The position numbers and the translations under genes were made by a program. From the NCBI GenBank assembly GCA_002269645.1, contig NIVC01003374.1:37282-101281 (forward strand): DNA of 64,000 bases, read 5' to 3'. Origin of the DNA: Macrostomum lignano (taxonomy: Eukaryota). Below are positions 1 to 13,585 of the stretch, piece by piece (positions within the stretch are counted from its first letter, which is position 1; the number at the start of each line of letters is the position of its first letter). The notes beneath the pieces were generated by a model. That model was not told where the DNA came from. It made no database searches and saw only the letters and a list, made by a program, of their open reading frames with translations.

Positions 1-3000
1 TCCAGCGAACTGTCGGACGCTGTTGCTGAGCTGGAACGCTCAGTCTGCGCTGGAGGAGAGGGCCGGGCCACTCCAGACTTGTATGGCCTCACTTTGCGTA
101 AAGCATCGGCAGATTATGGAGCCATTCGTTCATCCAGTCGGCTTCAGCAACTCCTTCAGGAGGGCTCAGCTGGCGGCGGCAGCGGTGGAGAGTACTACTT
201 CTCCGATACAGAGTCTGTACAGCGTCAGCAGCAGCACCAGCTGCTACAGCAGCACCAGAGACGCAAAACCGGCCTGGCTGCTGGCACCAGTGGCTACTGC
301 ACCATTCGGTCTGCAGCTGGTCAAGCCCCCGCCTCTCTGCCAATGTCTGCCGCTGTTCCTCCAACACCTAGTCAGAGCCTTCGACTGCCGTACGCCACCA
401 TGCGGTCAAGCTGTTCAACTGGGAGCTTCTACCCGGGTAGTGGTGGCGGCGGAGGCATCGGAGGCTCCACGCTGTCAATCTACTCGGCCGTGTCTTCATC
501 AGCCACTACGGCTAATGAGGAGCGGCAAGCGATGGAGATTGCAAAGCTTCGAGCTGAGCTTGAGCAGGCCCAGCAGAGAATCGCTAGTCTGGCTGGTCAG
601 CTCTGCGCCAACACAGACGCTGCCGAGGCTTTTGAACAGTCTCTGTCGGATGTCACCACCAAGCTGAGAGATCTGGCTAGCAGTGCTGAACGCAAGGACA
701 CTGAGCTGTCCCGTCTCCGGGCCGCTGTTGGCGCGCTGAAACGCGAGGAAGCGCCAATGCAGCTTATGATGCAGAAGGAGTCGCAGCAGCAAGGCTCGCA
801 AAGTAAACGGCATCATGGCTGGTTGAGAAGTTTGCGCAGCTCAAAAAAGCAGCAACAACAGCAGCAGCAGCAGCAGTCACAAGCACAGCCTCCTCCTCAG
901 CAACAGCAGCCACCTGTTGTTGAGCCTCCCGCACTAACAGAGCTCGAACTCCAGCAAAAGCAGCAATCCGCTGCCGAGCTGCAACAATTGCGCAGTCTAA
1001 CAGAAAAAATGCGAGCAGACATTAGCAATTTGAAGGCTGAGAATTGTCGCCTTCAGCAGCTGCAACAGATGAGATCAGATTTTGTAAGCGAGGATCACGG
1101 ATTTGGCGGGTCGGTTACTGACGTTTATGGTGGCTTCGGCGGTGGCGCCAGACGGCTGAGCGTGGACTCGACAGCAGCTTTGTCGGCGATCTCTGTCGGC
1201 GATGGCTCAATGGATGGTCGCTGCGATGCCGCCGTAGTGGTTAACGGGGCTCAAGGGTGAGAAAGATTTTAAAGTATAGAGACCGGTAGTTTCCATGAGG
1301 GGAAATACTTCCGCTGACTCCTGAGGACATGCAAGCGCGACAATATTATACGCAGGCACGCACTCATACACATGCTCATACAAGGTGTACAATGGCCCTT
1401 TGACTTACTAATCGTTAGACTTGTACACCCTCTGTGCCTTAGGGGTTAGAGCCGTTCAGGGAGTCGAACCAGGGGCCGTAATGTGATAGTCAGACGTGCT
1501 TATCACTGACAGTGTTGCACATTATACTGTAAGCTTCACAAAGTAACTACCCACCCTATTTCCCCCGCAGATTTGACCTAATCGATGGATTTCCAAGCTC
1601 AGCGGAAAGTCTCCGACTCACTGTGCTGGCTGGGAGCAGCAAGCAGCCAATTGGCTGTCTGCCAGTCTGTCCCAGAACAAAATGGGAAACTTTAGACGCC
1701 TGTTGCGGTCGGCTGTTTAAAGAATATTTGACTAGAGTTGATCCTAGCCAGGGTCTCGGCTTGGGATCGGACTGCGTTGTCGCTTACGAAATCCTTGGGA
1801 GCAATGGCGGCAGCAGCGGCATGGGTCTCAGGCGGCGTGGCGCTTCATCTCACTCTTGCCCGCCGCCTCTGGTAGCTTGCATGTCGGCCGCCTCTGCCGC
1901 CTCCTCGGATCCCAATATTGATCCTAGAAATCCCCAGCTTCGACTTTATCTACAGCTCCATCTGGCTAGCGAGTTGGAGACCCTGGCACTGGAGACTCTG
2001 GTGCCTAAGCCCACACTGCAGAGATATATCGGTCTGCTGAAGGAGCACAGGCGTATTGCGTTGTGCGGCCCAGCAGGTGTTGGCAAGTCCAGACTGGCTG
2101 CTAGCCTAGCAGCTCACCTGTCTGGTTCTTCCTCTAGCGTGGCCACTTTCACCGCCGATCGGCGTAGCGAAAGAAATCTTCGAACTTTTCTCACCAGTTT
2201 GAATAACGATTCCAGCGTTGGTGCAGTTGTGCTGGATAATTTGCACCTGGTAGACTCGCTATCTGAGGTCCTGTCAGCCTGTTTGCCGCCGAAGGAACCG
2301 CCGCCGTATTTCATAGTTGGCGTGATGACGCAAGGCGGCAGCGGGCAAGCTGAGCGACTTCACGCGGCCAAGCTTGAGCTGCACAGCGCTTGCAATTTTC
2401 GCTGGGTTCTGTGCTCGGCTCATATGGAACCGGTGCGCGGCTTTCTGGGCCGGTGTCTGCGCCAGCGTCTGGTTGCTGCCGAAGTTGAAGCTGGGTCCAG
2501 ACTGCCCGAGATGTCGCTGATAGTTGACTGGCTGCAGGACGCCTGGTTGAAGTTAAATCGCCTGTTGGAGACACACGCTGGCGCTGAGGCGTCGCTGGGC
2601 CCCGGCCAGTTCGCCGCCTGCCCCATGGACTCGTGGCGCGGCGCGGAGCAGTGGTTCCTGCGGCTGTGGAATCACTGCTTAGTGCCCTACGTTATCGAAG
2701 CTTGCCGTGAAGGCCTGCGTCTGCGCGGCGCCAGAGCTCCGTGGGAAGATCCGGCGGCCAAGTTGAAGATTGACTGGCCCTGGGGTGCCAGCGGGGACGC
2801 CGAGGAGTTGATCAGCATCCGTCCGGAGGATGTGGGTTACGAAGCTAGTAGACCTCCAGCCGCAGGGGTTTCCGCACCAGCCGTTGCCACCGGAGCTGCT
2901 GATGACATCCCAGCCGAAGTTGTCAATAAAGATTCTACAGTATCTAACGACGAGGTGATTCCAGCATCGTCTGATGCCAACACCACAGATGACCGACTGA

Positions 3001-3071
3001 TGGCTATGCTCATGCGGCTACAGGAGGTTGCTAACTGTGGTTTGGCTAGTGACCTGACAGACTGTGTCTGA
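1..3071 (+). CDS. NAV (unc-53): Neuron navigator / UNC-53 / Sickie family protein, 5'-partial; exons <1-1256 and 1571-3071 (918 aa visible)
   Basis: Frame open from base 1. Coiled coils EIAKLRAELEQAQQRIASLAGQLCANTDAAEAFEQSL and LQQLRSLTEKMRADISNLKAEN; AAA domain EHRRIALCGPAGVGKS; NFRWVLCSAHMEPVRGFLGRCLRQRL, all NAV-type motifs. Donor GTGAGA at 1257 and acceptor CCCCGCAG ending 1570 join in phase 2. Confidence 0.93.
1440..1512 (-). mobile_element. tRNA-derived SINE-like head in the NAV intron
   Basis: The minus strand reads GTCAGTGATAAGCACGTCTGACTATCAC...GGTTCGACTCC (A-box-like and B-box), but no intact cloverleaf can be folded. Confidence 0.4.
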
Positions 3072-3158
3072 GTTTGTTAGTGTGCGGTTATATTGTGCGC
3101 AACCATTGAACAGCAATGTTTTAGGATCTTGTGGATTTTTCTCTGAGAGTTTCGATAC

Positions 3159-3788
3159 ATCCACGATAATCTCCCTTCAACCCACTAGAATCTCCCTTAT
3201 AAATCTATCAGAATCTTGCTTAAATCCACGAGAATCTTCCTTAAAATCCATGAGAATCTCTCTTAACTCCACAAGAATCTCCCTTCAATCCACGAGAATT
3301 TCCCTTGAATCCACGAGAGTCTCCCTTGAATCCACGAGAATCTCCCTTCAATCCACGATAATCTCCCTTCAACCCACTAGAATCTCCCTTAAATCTATCA
3401 GAATCTCGCTTCAATCCACGAGAATCTCCCTTCAATCCGCTAGGATCTCCCTTTAATCCACGAGAATCTCGCCTAAATCCACGAGAATCTCCCTTCAATC
3501 CACGAGAATCTCGCCTAAATCCACGAGAATCTCCCTTCAATCCGCGAGAATCTCCCTTCAATCCACGAGAATCTCGCCTAAATCCACGAGAATCTCCCTT
3601 CAATCCGCGAGAATCTCCCTTCAATCCACGAGAACCTCCCTTCAATCCACGAGAATCTCCCTTCAATCCACGAGAATCTCCCTTCGATCCTCGAGAATCT
3701 CCCTTCAATCCACGAGAATCTCCCTTCAATTCACGAGAGTCTCCCTTCAATCCACGAGAATCTCCTTTAAATCCACGAGAATCTTCTA
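3159..3788. repeat. 21-bp minisatellite (AATCCACGAGAATCTCCCTTC)n in the probable NAV 3' UTR
   Basis: Unit read directly. It starts ~90 nt after the NAV stop and lies before the AATAAA at 4034. Confidence 0.95.
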
Positions 3789-5060
3789 AAATTTTACGTG
3801 AAGCTCTCTAAACCGTACAAGAATATTCGAAAAGTCTGAGAAGCCTTCTCGAATTCATAGAATCGTCTTTGAGCTGTCTGTTATATTCAGAAGCATGGCA
3901 GTACTTGTCAACTAGTTTTCATCTGGAGCAATATTTTCAAAACATGGCTTACTTTGAAGAGTTTATATATTGTTTATTACGATAGATTTGGCAGAAATCT
4001 GACGTATTGCAATCTTCATGTATATGCGTTGCTAATAAAATTAAAAGCAATACATTTTCTCATTAATTAGATCACTGTATTATTTAATGTATTTAATATA
4101 TTATATATATTATCTTATTGCATTACAATATTTGCAAAAAAGCCTGCATTATATACAAGTATTTTTTAGCGTAATCAAATCAAAACTTTACCTAAAATTG
4201 ATACTTTCAATAATTTGTGCAGTTTTTATCAATTATATTATATAGTGTCTTCTGCCCAGTCAGACGTGTTGGTTGGTTAAGAAAGAAAGAAAAACAGTTT
4301 GATACAGTTTGTTTAAATGCGATCAAGTCTTCAGCTGTTCGCCTTTCAACCGCTTGCTTTTATCTCCGTATTTTACCATTTTTTATTTGCTCATCATCTC
4401 TCATTACTTCCATCCAGCTTAGCTGCATAGCATTGGCTTCCACAAAGGTTCTTTTCTACTAATGTATAATCACAAAATTATTTGAGCAATAAATCCAATT
4501 CGATTATTTTTATCAGTTATAAATGCTTGCGCTTGCTGCAAATAGTTTTTATTGTGTTTTAAAATCCTTCGTGCCGCCGGAGTCTCTTAGTACAGACTAA
4601 TCTCTTGTGAAGTTTTTTTACCTTGTTGCTTTTTTGTAAATCGAATTCGCTTAGCCGTTTTAGTCACCTTAGTATGAAAAAACCGTTTATTTTGTCATTT
4701 TTTGCAACCGATGTCTAGTGTAAATAATACAGAAAAGTCTCGGTTGTTGAACTTTTCTCAAAGTACAATTTCACTAGCAATGCTACGTGCTTTTTTGTTT
4801 TTTTGTGTCTGTGAATGAAACTATTTATATTGTTTTTTTAGCTTGGTAACTATTATTTACTTGGTATTGATATTTAGAATTCTTGGCATTGAGAAAATAT
4901 TTATTGGCTTTATTATCGAATATAGACTAAGCAAAAGTTCTTTATTAGTTATCAAATAATTATTCACGAATATATTTCGTCAGAAGTAGAACTTTTTGTT
5001 TCAGTATCCACACACACCCAATGGACACTCAGAAATGGCTTTCACAAACCTATACTACGA

Positions 5061-5932
5061 ATGTACATTCACTCTTAGCCAACCCCTAACCTTTATTGTA
5101 TACTCGCTCTTCACAGACATTAACCCCCAGTGTACGCTCCTATTCATCAAACTCTAACCCCCAATGTACACTCGCTCTTCACCAACCTCTTACCCCCAAT
5201 GTACACTCGCTATTCGTCAACCTCTTACCCCCAATGTACACTCGCTCTTCACCAACATCTTACCCCCAATGTACACTCGCTCTTCGCCAACCTCTTACCC
5301 CCAATGTACACTCGCTCTTCGCCAACCTCTTACCCCCAATGTACACTCGCTCTTCGCCAACCTCTTACCCCCAATGTACACTCGCTCTTCGCCAACCTCT
5401 TACCCCCAATGTACACTCGCTCTTCGCCAACCTCTTACCCCCAATGTACACTCGCTCTTCACCAACCTCTTACCCCCAATGTACACTCACTCTTCGCCAA
5501 CCTCTTACCCCCAATGTACACTCGCTCTTCACCAACCTCTTACCCCCAATGTACACTCGCTCTTCACCAACCTCTTACCCCCAATGTACACTCGCTCTTC
5601 ACCAACCTCTTACCCCCAATGTACACTCGCTCTTCACCAACCTCTTACCCCCAATGTACACTCGCTCTTCACCAACCTCTTACCCCCAATGTACACTCGC
5701 TCTTCGCCAACCTCTTACCCCCAATGTACACTCGCTCTTCGCCAACCTCTTACCCCCAATGTACACTCGCTCTTCACCAACCTCTTACCCCCAATGTACA
5801 CTCGCTCTTCACCAACCTCTTACCCCCAATGTACACTCGCTCTTCACCAACCTCTTACCCCCAATGTACACTCGCTCTTCGCCAACCTCTTACCCCCAAT
5901 GTACACTCGCTCTTCGCCAACCTCTTACCCCA
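5061..5932. repeat. 35-bp minisatellite (CCAATGTACACTCGCTCTTCRCCAACCTCTTACCC)n
   Basis: About 24 near-identical units; explains the three overlapping repetitive ORFs at 5096-6001. Confidence 0.97.
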
Positions 5933-6365
5933 AAGCTACACTCATTCTTAAGTTATTTAAACCTTAGGGCTTATCATTTCGCAATAGTTAACAGCCAGTA
6001 AATAAGCAAGGTATACATTTCACAAACTTTTCACCTAGTATACCATTACAATGTACGTACAGATTTATCTGTTTTAGTAAAGTATCATATTTTATACTTA
6101 ACTTGTGTGAAATTTCTGTCGATAAAATTAATAATCTTATCCTATACATGATTAATTTGTCATTAATTTCGCCACCCAGTCCACAATCAGGTTGTTTCAA
6201 ATTTAGTCGAATTATTAATGCAAACTAGTTTTTCGCGTTTATCGTGTTATTGTGTACTTGAGCTGAAATAGAAGCCTTTGCTTTGCATTACATAATAATA
6301 TTGACTTTGTCAGTGATGTTAGAGAATTCCCATTCGTTGTGGCAGTAGTACACTCAGCCTGTGTG

Positions 6366-6465
6366 CACCCTGGCGCACTTTAAGCGACATTGTCACACAA
6401 CCGGCGAGAGGCATTTAATGGTAGCCAATAGTGTGACTGCACTTGGAATCGAGCCTGGGCCGCTG
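6366..6465 (-). mobile_element. Internally deleted copy of SINE family A
   Basis: 6366-6415 is the reverse complement of 47221-47270; 6433-6465 matches 43148-43180. Confidence 0.65.
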
Positions 6466-7109
6466 AAACATCACTAAGGCTGCCCCCCCCCTTTAGGCAG
6501 TCTGTGGGAGTGCAGCTTGGAAGTTCAACCTGTCCGTTTGGTTGGCTATATTGTTTATGGCCAATTCCAGTTCTGTGGCAGTGGCTGCTTGCTGCAGCTA
6601 ATGCAGATTCTCCTAATTGTCAAATTCACTGATAAAAGCAATTTATAAACTTTCGGACATTTCTCCTGAGCGCCTATTGTTTGTTACAATGATTTCACTG
6701 TTCCCTAAATAACTGTACCAATGCTTTATTAAACAAGCTTTAAAAGCTTTCTTTTATCACAATTTTCTAACCCAATTTTTGTGAGAAGAATTTTTTTTCG
6801 CATTACCAAATATTTGATTATATTTGTTTATTAAAGTAAATTGATCAGCTTTAATGTGCAACTGCTTTTTTGCCATATCTGAGTTCCATTATGGTTTTTT
6901 CCGATTTTTTTGAGTTTTTTTTTTAGAATATGAAGCATTAGGACGTTATTAACTAGCCATTTAGAAAATTAGTTTCCCAGGGATCTTAAGCCTTCTAGGG
7001 ATTGCTAGCAATTAATAAAAAATTTTAAGCCTTTTTGTAGTTGCACTTGTTGACAAATAGCTTTTTTGTGACGCTGTAGAATTCAGTCTGTGGTTGTTGG
7101 AACTGACAA

Positions 7110-8340
7110 GGGGCGGAGCGTTATATTAAGGGGGCGGATGGTTAAAGGAAGGGGGTGGATGGTTTAAATCGAGGGGCGGATTGTTATAGGGAGGGAAGGA
7201 TTGTTATAGCGTGGGGCGGATGTTTAAATAGAGGGGCGGAAAGTTTAATAGAGGGGCGGAAAGTTTAATAGAGGGGGCGGATGGTTTAATAGAGGGGCGG
7301 ATAGTTATAGGGAGAAGGCAGATGGTAAATACTGGGGGCGGATGGTTAAATAGAGGGGCGGATGATAAATAGAGGGGACGGATGGTAAATAGAGGGGGCG
7401 GATGGTAAATAGAGGGGGCGGATGGTAAATAGAGGGGGCGGATGGTAAATAGAGGGGCGGATGATAAATAGAGGGGGCGGATGGTAAATAGAGGGGGCGG
7501 ATGGTAAATAGAGGGGGCGGATGGTAAATAGAGGGGGCGGATGGTAAATAGAGGGGGCGGATGGTAAATAGAGGGGGCGGATGGTAAATAGAGGGGGCGG
7601 ATGGTTAAATAGAGGGGCGGATGATAAATAGAGGGGGCGGATGGTAAATAGAGGGGGCGGATGGTAAATAGAGGGGGCGGATGGTTTAATAGAGGAGGCG
7701 GATGGTAAATAGAGGGGGCGGATGGTAAATAGAGGGGGCGGATGGTTTAATAGAGGGGCGGATGGTTTAATAGAGGAGGCGGATGGTTTAATAGAGGGGC
7801 GGATGGTTTAATAGAGGGGGCGGATGGTTTAATAGAGGAGCAGATGGTTAAACAGAGTGGGCAGATGGTTAAACAGAGTGGGCAGATGGTTAAACAGAGT
7901 GGGCGGATGGTTAAACAGAGTGGGCGGATGGTTAAACAGAGTGGGCAGATGGTTAAACAGAGTGGGCGGATGGTTAAACAGAGTGGGCAGATGGTTAAAC
8001 AGAGTGGGCAGATGGTTAAACAGAGTGGGCAGATGGTTAAACAGAGTGGGCGGATGGTTAAACAGAGTGGGCAGATGGTTAAACAGAGTGGGCGGATGGT
8101 TAAACAGAGTGGGCAGATGGTTAAACAGAGTGGGCAGATGGTTAAACAGAGTGGGCAGATGGTTAAACAGAGTGGGCGGATGGTTAAACAGAGTGGGCGG
8201 ATGGTTAAACAGAGTGGGCAGATGGTTAAACAGAGTGGGCGGATAGTTAAACAGAGTGGGCGGATGGTTAAACAGAGTGGGCGGATGGTTAAACAGAGTG
8301 GGTGGATGGTTAAACAGAGTGGGCAGATGGTTAAATAGAG
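7110..8340. repeat. Compound G-rich minisatellite: ~20-bp GGATGGTAAATAGAGGGGGC grading into 21-bp GATGGTTAAACAGAGTGGGCR
   Basis: Units read directly; explains ORFs 7747-8460. Confidence 0.95.
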
Positions 8341-8934
8341 CGCGAATGGTCTAAGTGAGGGGCGGATATTTAACAGAATGAGACTGAGAATGGTGTACGG
8401 CGCAAGGCCGTTAATGAAATCGAAGCAGATGGATGGCTTTGTGTGGCTCTGTGAGTTCAATTGGATCCAATTGTAAGATTTTCTATAGGCTCTCTTTACT
8501 TTAAGCGGTTATCTTCACAGGTATTAAGAACAAAATCACTCAGCTAGTTGCCTTCGTGTTGTCATTAGATTTCTATTGTCTATAAAATAGTCTAAACTGG
8601 CTTTGCCTATTCATTTTTTAATGGCAAAAGCGTATGAGGGGTTAATTTTGCGGCTATCCTCTGCTACTGCAAGAAACCGGGGACGGACGGCTTTGGAGTG
8701 GAGAACTCTGTAGGGGATAATGGCGAGGGGAGTCTGGGCTGGAGGGGGTGTTGAGAGGCTGAGAAGGGAGTCGCCTCTTCTCTCCTCCCGTATTTGCATT
8801 CCTCCCCTCTTTTTTTCTTCCTAATCTGCAGCTTTCTGCGTACAGTCAGTCAGAGTCTGAGAGAGATCTGCTGTAGCGCCCACTTCTATCTGTCTTTCCG
8901 CGCTCCTGCTGCCCCTTTTTGGTCGGGCTTAATT

Positions 8935-8937
<3 letters not shown>

Positions 8938-8986
<49 letters not shown>
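8938..8986. repeat. (CT)n(GT)n microsatellite
   Basis: Direct reading. Confidence 0.95.
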
Positions 8987-8987
<1 letters not shown>

Positions 8988-9384
8988 CGTGCCTTCATCT
9001 CTTTCTGCTCTGAGCCCCACGTGGTTGGCTGATATAATACTGTATAGCAAAGCTTCCATAGCGCTCGCGTGCGTGAACGAATGCTTTATGAGGAAGGCTC
9101 TGAGGCGATTCTTTTTTCTCTCTCTGCTCTTCTCGTTTGGTCAGTTGAGTAATAGTCTTGCGAAATGATACTCGTATTTACTGCTTCTTATAGAGTTTTG
9201 CGTGTTTATTATACAATTGTCTTGCGAATTGCTTCTACTGGCTAATCGGCTTGGTAAAAACTATCTTGCTTTTTTGTTTTGCTCTTGTTTGTAACTAGAT
9301 AGTTGCAACTTCAAACAATGAGTTGTCCCAGATTGTCTCCAGATTGTCAGTAGGATCATGCTTGGATGCATCAAAATTAACTTT

Positions 9385-11474
9385 AGTTTGACGCCAAGAT
9401 TGACACTAGTTCGGCGCCAAGATTGACACTAGTTTGACGCCATGATTGACACTAGTTTGACGCCATGATTGACACTAGTTTGACGCCATGATTGACACTA
9501 GTTTGACGCCATGATTGACACTAGTTTGACGCCATGATTGACACTAGTTTGACGCCATGATTGACACTAGTTTGACGCCATGATTGACACTAGTTTGACG
9601 CCATGATTGACACTAGTTTGACGCCATGATTGACACTAGTTTGACGCCATGATTGACACTAGGTTGAGGCCATGATTGACACTAGGTTTGAGCCATGATT
9701 GATCGTAGTTGCTTGACACTAAATCGGCGCCCAGATTGACGCTAAATCGGCGCCATAGTTGATACTAAATCGGCGCCATAGTTGACGCTAAATCAGCGCC
9801 AAGATTAATACAAAATCCGCGCCATGGTTGTCAAAATCGGCGCCAAAATTAGCACTAAATCGGCGCCACAGTTGACACTAAATCAGCACCCAGATTGACA
9901 CTAAATCGGCGCCATAGTTGACACTAATCAGCACCCAGATTGACACTAAATCGGCGCCACAGTTGACACTAATCAGCACCCAGATTGACACTAAATCGGC
10001 GCCACAGTTGACACTAATCAGCACCCAGATTGACACTAAATCGGCGCCACAGTTGACACTAATCAGCACCCAGATTGACACTAAATCGGCGCCACAGTTG
10101 ACACTAATCAGCACCCAGATTGACACTAAATCGGCGTCATGGTTGACACTAAATCAGCGTCATGGTTGACACTAAATCAGCGTCATGGTTGACACTAAAT
10201 CGGCGTCATGGTTGACACTAAATCAGCGTCATGGTTGACACTAAATCAGCGTCATGGTTGACACTAAATCAGCGTCATGGTTGACACTAAATCAGCGTCA
10301 TGGTTGACACTAAATCAGCGTCATGGTTGACACTAAATTGGCGTCATGGTTGACACTAAATCAGCGTCATGGTTGACACTAAATTGGCGTCATGGTTGAC
10401 ACTAAATCAGCGTCATGGTTGACACTAAATCAGCGTCATGGTTGACACTAAATTGGCGTCATGGTTGACACTAAATCAGCGTCATGGTTGACACTAAATC
10501 AGCGTCATGGTTGACACTAAATCAGCGTCATGGTTGACACTAAATCAGCGTCATGGTTGACACTAAATCAGCGTCATGGTTGACACTAAATTGGCGTCAT
10601 GGTTGACACTAAATTGGCGTCATGGTTGACACTAAATTGGCGTCATGGTTGACACTAAATCAGCGTCATGGTTGACACTAAATTGGCGTCATGGTTGACA
10701 CTAAATCAGCGTCATGGTTGACACTAAATCAGCGTCATGGTTGACACTAAATCAGCGTCATGGTTGACACTAAATCAGCGTCATGGTTGACACTAAATCA
10801 GCGTCATGGTTGACACTAAATCAGCGTCATGGTTGACACTAAATCAGCGTCATGGTTGACACTAAATTGGCGTCATGGTTGACACTAAATCAGCGTCATG
10901 GTTGACACTAAATCAGCGTCATGGTTGACACTAAATCAGCGTCATGGTTGACACTAAATCAGCGTCATGGTTGACACTAAATCAGCGTCATGGTTGACAC
11001 TAAATTGGCGTCATGGTTGACACTAAATTGGCGTCATGGTTGACACTAAATCAGCGTCATGGTTGACACTAAATCAGCGTCATGGTTGACACTAAATTGG
11101 CGTCATGGTTGACACTAAATCAGCGTCATGGTTGACACTAAATCAGCGTCATGGTTGACACTAAATCAGCGTCATGGTTGACACTAAATCAGCGTCATGG
11201 TTGACACTAAATTGGCGTCATGGTTGACACTAAATTGGCGTCATGGTTGACACTAAATCAGCGTCATGGTTGACACTAAATCAGCGTCATGGTTGACACT
11301 AAATTGGCGTCATGGTTGACACTAAATCAGCGTCATGGTTGACACTAAATCAGCGTCATGGTTGACACTAAATCAGCGTCATGGTTGACACTAAATTGGC
11401 GTCATGGTTGACACTAAATCAGCGTCATGGTTGACACTAAATCAGCGTCATGGTTGACACTAAATTTGCGTCAT
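9385..11474. repeat. 23-bp minisatellite, GATTGACACTAGTTTGACGCCAT grading to GTTGACACTAAATCAGCGTCATG
   Basis: About 2.1 kb array with polarized variant blocks. Confidence 0.97.
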
Positions 11475-12199
11475 AGGCCTGTATAGAAGAGATAATATTT
11501 CACTCGAAATATCCCAGCTAGGGGATTTGTAAAGCTGACAGCAGCCAGTATTCCGCAGAGATTTCCTGTTCCTGTTGTGGATGCAGCCTGTCAAGGGCAG
11601 TCGTAGAAGCTATGTAGGGCTGACTGTCACTGCAAGTTCATACTTCGAATATAAGGCTGCATAGACTTCCATCCGAGTTGCTTCTACTAAACTCATCTCG
11701 CCTTTCCGTTGTCGCTATATAAGATCAGCGAGCGCTAAAGGCGGATCTGCAAGCCGAGGCTAACGGAAATAGCAAACGACACGTTTCCTTCTGCTTCTGC
11801 CTCGTGTTCTTCCTTAATTTACCCCCTCGCCAGGCCATTAGTTCACGCCTAGCTGCTCAGAAAAAGTAGACGACACACAGAAGAGGAGGGGAAGCGGAGA
11901 CTAAGGGGAAGATCTTCTAGCAAGGCTGTCGTGTCTTAAATTACCCAAATGTTGCTGCTACTGCTGCCTTTTCTGCTTTTTTCTGCTTTTTAATAGTGCG
12001 TTGCGGGCTAAGGTATGTAACTTTTCGCTGCACTGATTTCTGGCTTCGTTTGAATCTTAACTATATGTTTGAGCCCGTGATTATGGTTGAGCCTACAGAG
12101 AATAAAGGCCACACTGACTAGCGCGTTCATAGATCACTAAATGGCGTGTAAACTTGGACTGGAAACTTGAAATGTCATTAACTCCGGGACAGTAACTAA

Positions 12200-12445
12200 A
12201 ACTGTCATCGCGGATCTTTTAATAGTAAATCTGGACTGCAAGTTCATGGACACCTAAACAAAATTGAATTGACTCGAACTAAGACTGCCGTTACTAGCAG
12301 ATCTCTAAATAGTAAAATAAATCTGGACTACCAGTTCATGGACAACTAAACAGAACTGAATTTACGTGAACTATGACTGCTGTTACTAACGGATCTCTTA
12401 ATTGTAAAATCTGGACTGCATGTTCATGGACAACTAAACAGACCG
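12200..12445. repeat. ~90-bp degenerate tandem repeat, about 3 copies
   Basis: AAATCTGGACT..GTTCATGGACA.CTAAACA recurs at ~12228, ~12320 and ~12408. Confidence 0.75.
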
Positions 12446-13544
12446 TGAAGTATAGATTTTAGGGACTTAGACATTTATTAGCAAAAACATAATTTCAAAC
12501 TTCTTAGGAACAATCAAGCATGCCTAATATGGAAATGCCAGTGTTTTTTCTGCTTGAATTTCTTATCGGTGGCTGCTGGCTAGATTTTTTATTGTTCGAT
12601 TGCTTGTTGCCAAGCAATTTAGATCGTCAGAAGAAGATATTTACGAAATGGTTAGCCAAGCTTTACGAGCGCACTTGCAGCTATTTTTAGCAGTAAAAAA
12701 TTTCAATGTTTTTGGCAGAAGCTTCTCGGTTGAAACCGTTTTCGATTGATTAGGCTTGATAGTTTTATTACTGTGCTCAGCTTTCAGATTTGAAATGGCC
12801 TGGGAGGAAATCTTAATCCGATTTAATCTGGCCGGGCCGGGCCGCCTTTTTCTTTTGAGCTTCCCTTTTTAGGCTTGCCTTTTTAGCTGAGGTTTTTTTA
12901 CTGAGTTTTCCCCGTTTTGTTATTTCGAATTCATTCCCTATTTTTATTTCTTTGTCTCTCTCCGACTCTTACTCTTCTCTCTCTGAATCTCACTCTCCTA
13001 TCTATGGCTCTCACTCTTTTATCTGCAATTCTTACTCTTCTCTCGATGAATCTCACTCTCCTCTCTCTGACTAACTCTCCTCTCTCTGACCCTCATTCTC
13101 CTCTCTCTGACTCTCACTCTCCTCTCCGACTCTCACTCTCCTCTCTGACTTGCTTCTATTCTTTCATTTTTATCTAACTTGTTTTAAAGTTCCGTTCCCC
13201 TCTTTCTACAAGTCTCTCCTCCCGAACTCATAATAACTTTGTTTAGTTGAATTCGCAAAAAATTGCGCCAAAAAGTTTTGGTTTTTTTTTAAGTTTGATT
13301 TGTATCCAACTGTTTGGGATCGGGATTCAAGTGCGTCATTGCTTGAACACGACAAACACTTGCAGGGGGGAATGTTTTTGGCTACTTGAATGCTATTGAA
13401 AACTTTATTCTGAAATTTCTTTAATCTAGCCACTGCAAAGTGAAGTCCCGTAGCAACAAGAATTTCGCATATCTTATTAATCATTTCAGCTGTCATCAAA
13501 TGAGAAAAACATGACATTTACATCCGTATTGCACAACTGACAGA

Positions 13545-13561
13545 CACTAATTACTTCCTAG
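13545..13561 (+). promoter_or_regulatory. 3' splice acceptor 24 nt upstream of the arrestin ATG (5' UTR intron or trans-splice site)
   Basis: Branch-like CACTAAT followed by TACTTCCTAG ending at 13561; a candidate partner donor AAG|GTATGT is at 12013. Confidence 0.55.
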
Positions 13562-13585
13562 ATTAACCCTGACATCAAAGCATCA

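Noticed and set aside
79-1260. ORF 79-1260 and ORF 1623-3071 as two separate genes
   Set aside because: The frame is open upstream of 79, and a phase-2 GT-AG intron joins them into one NAV protein.
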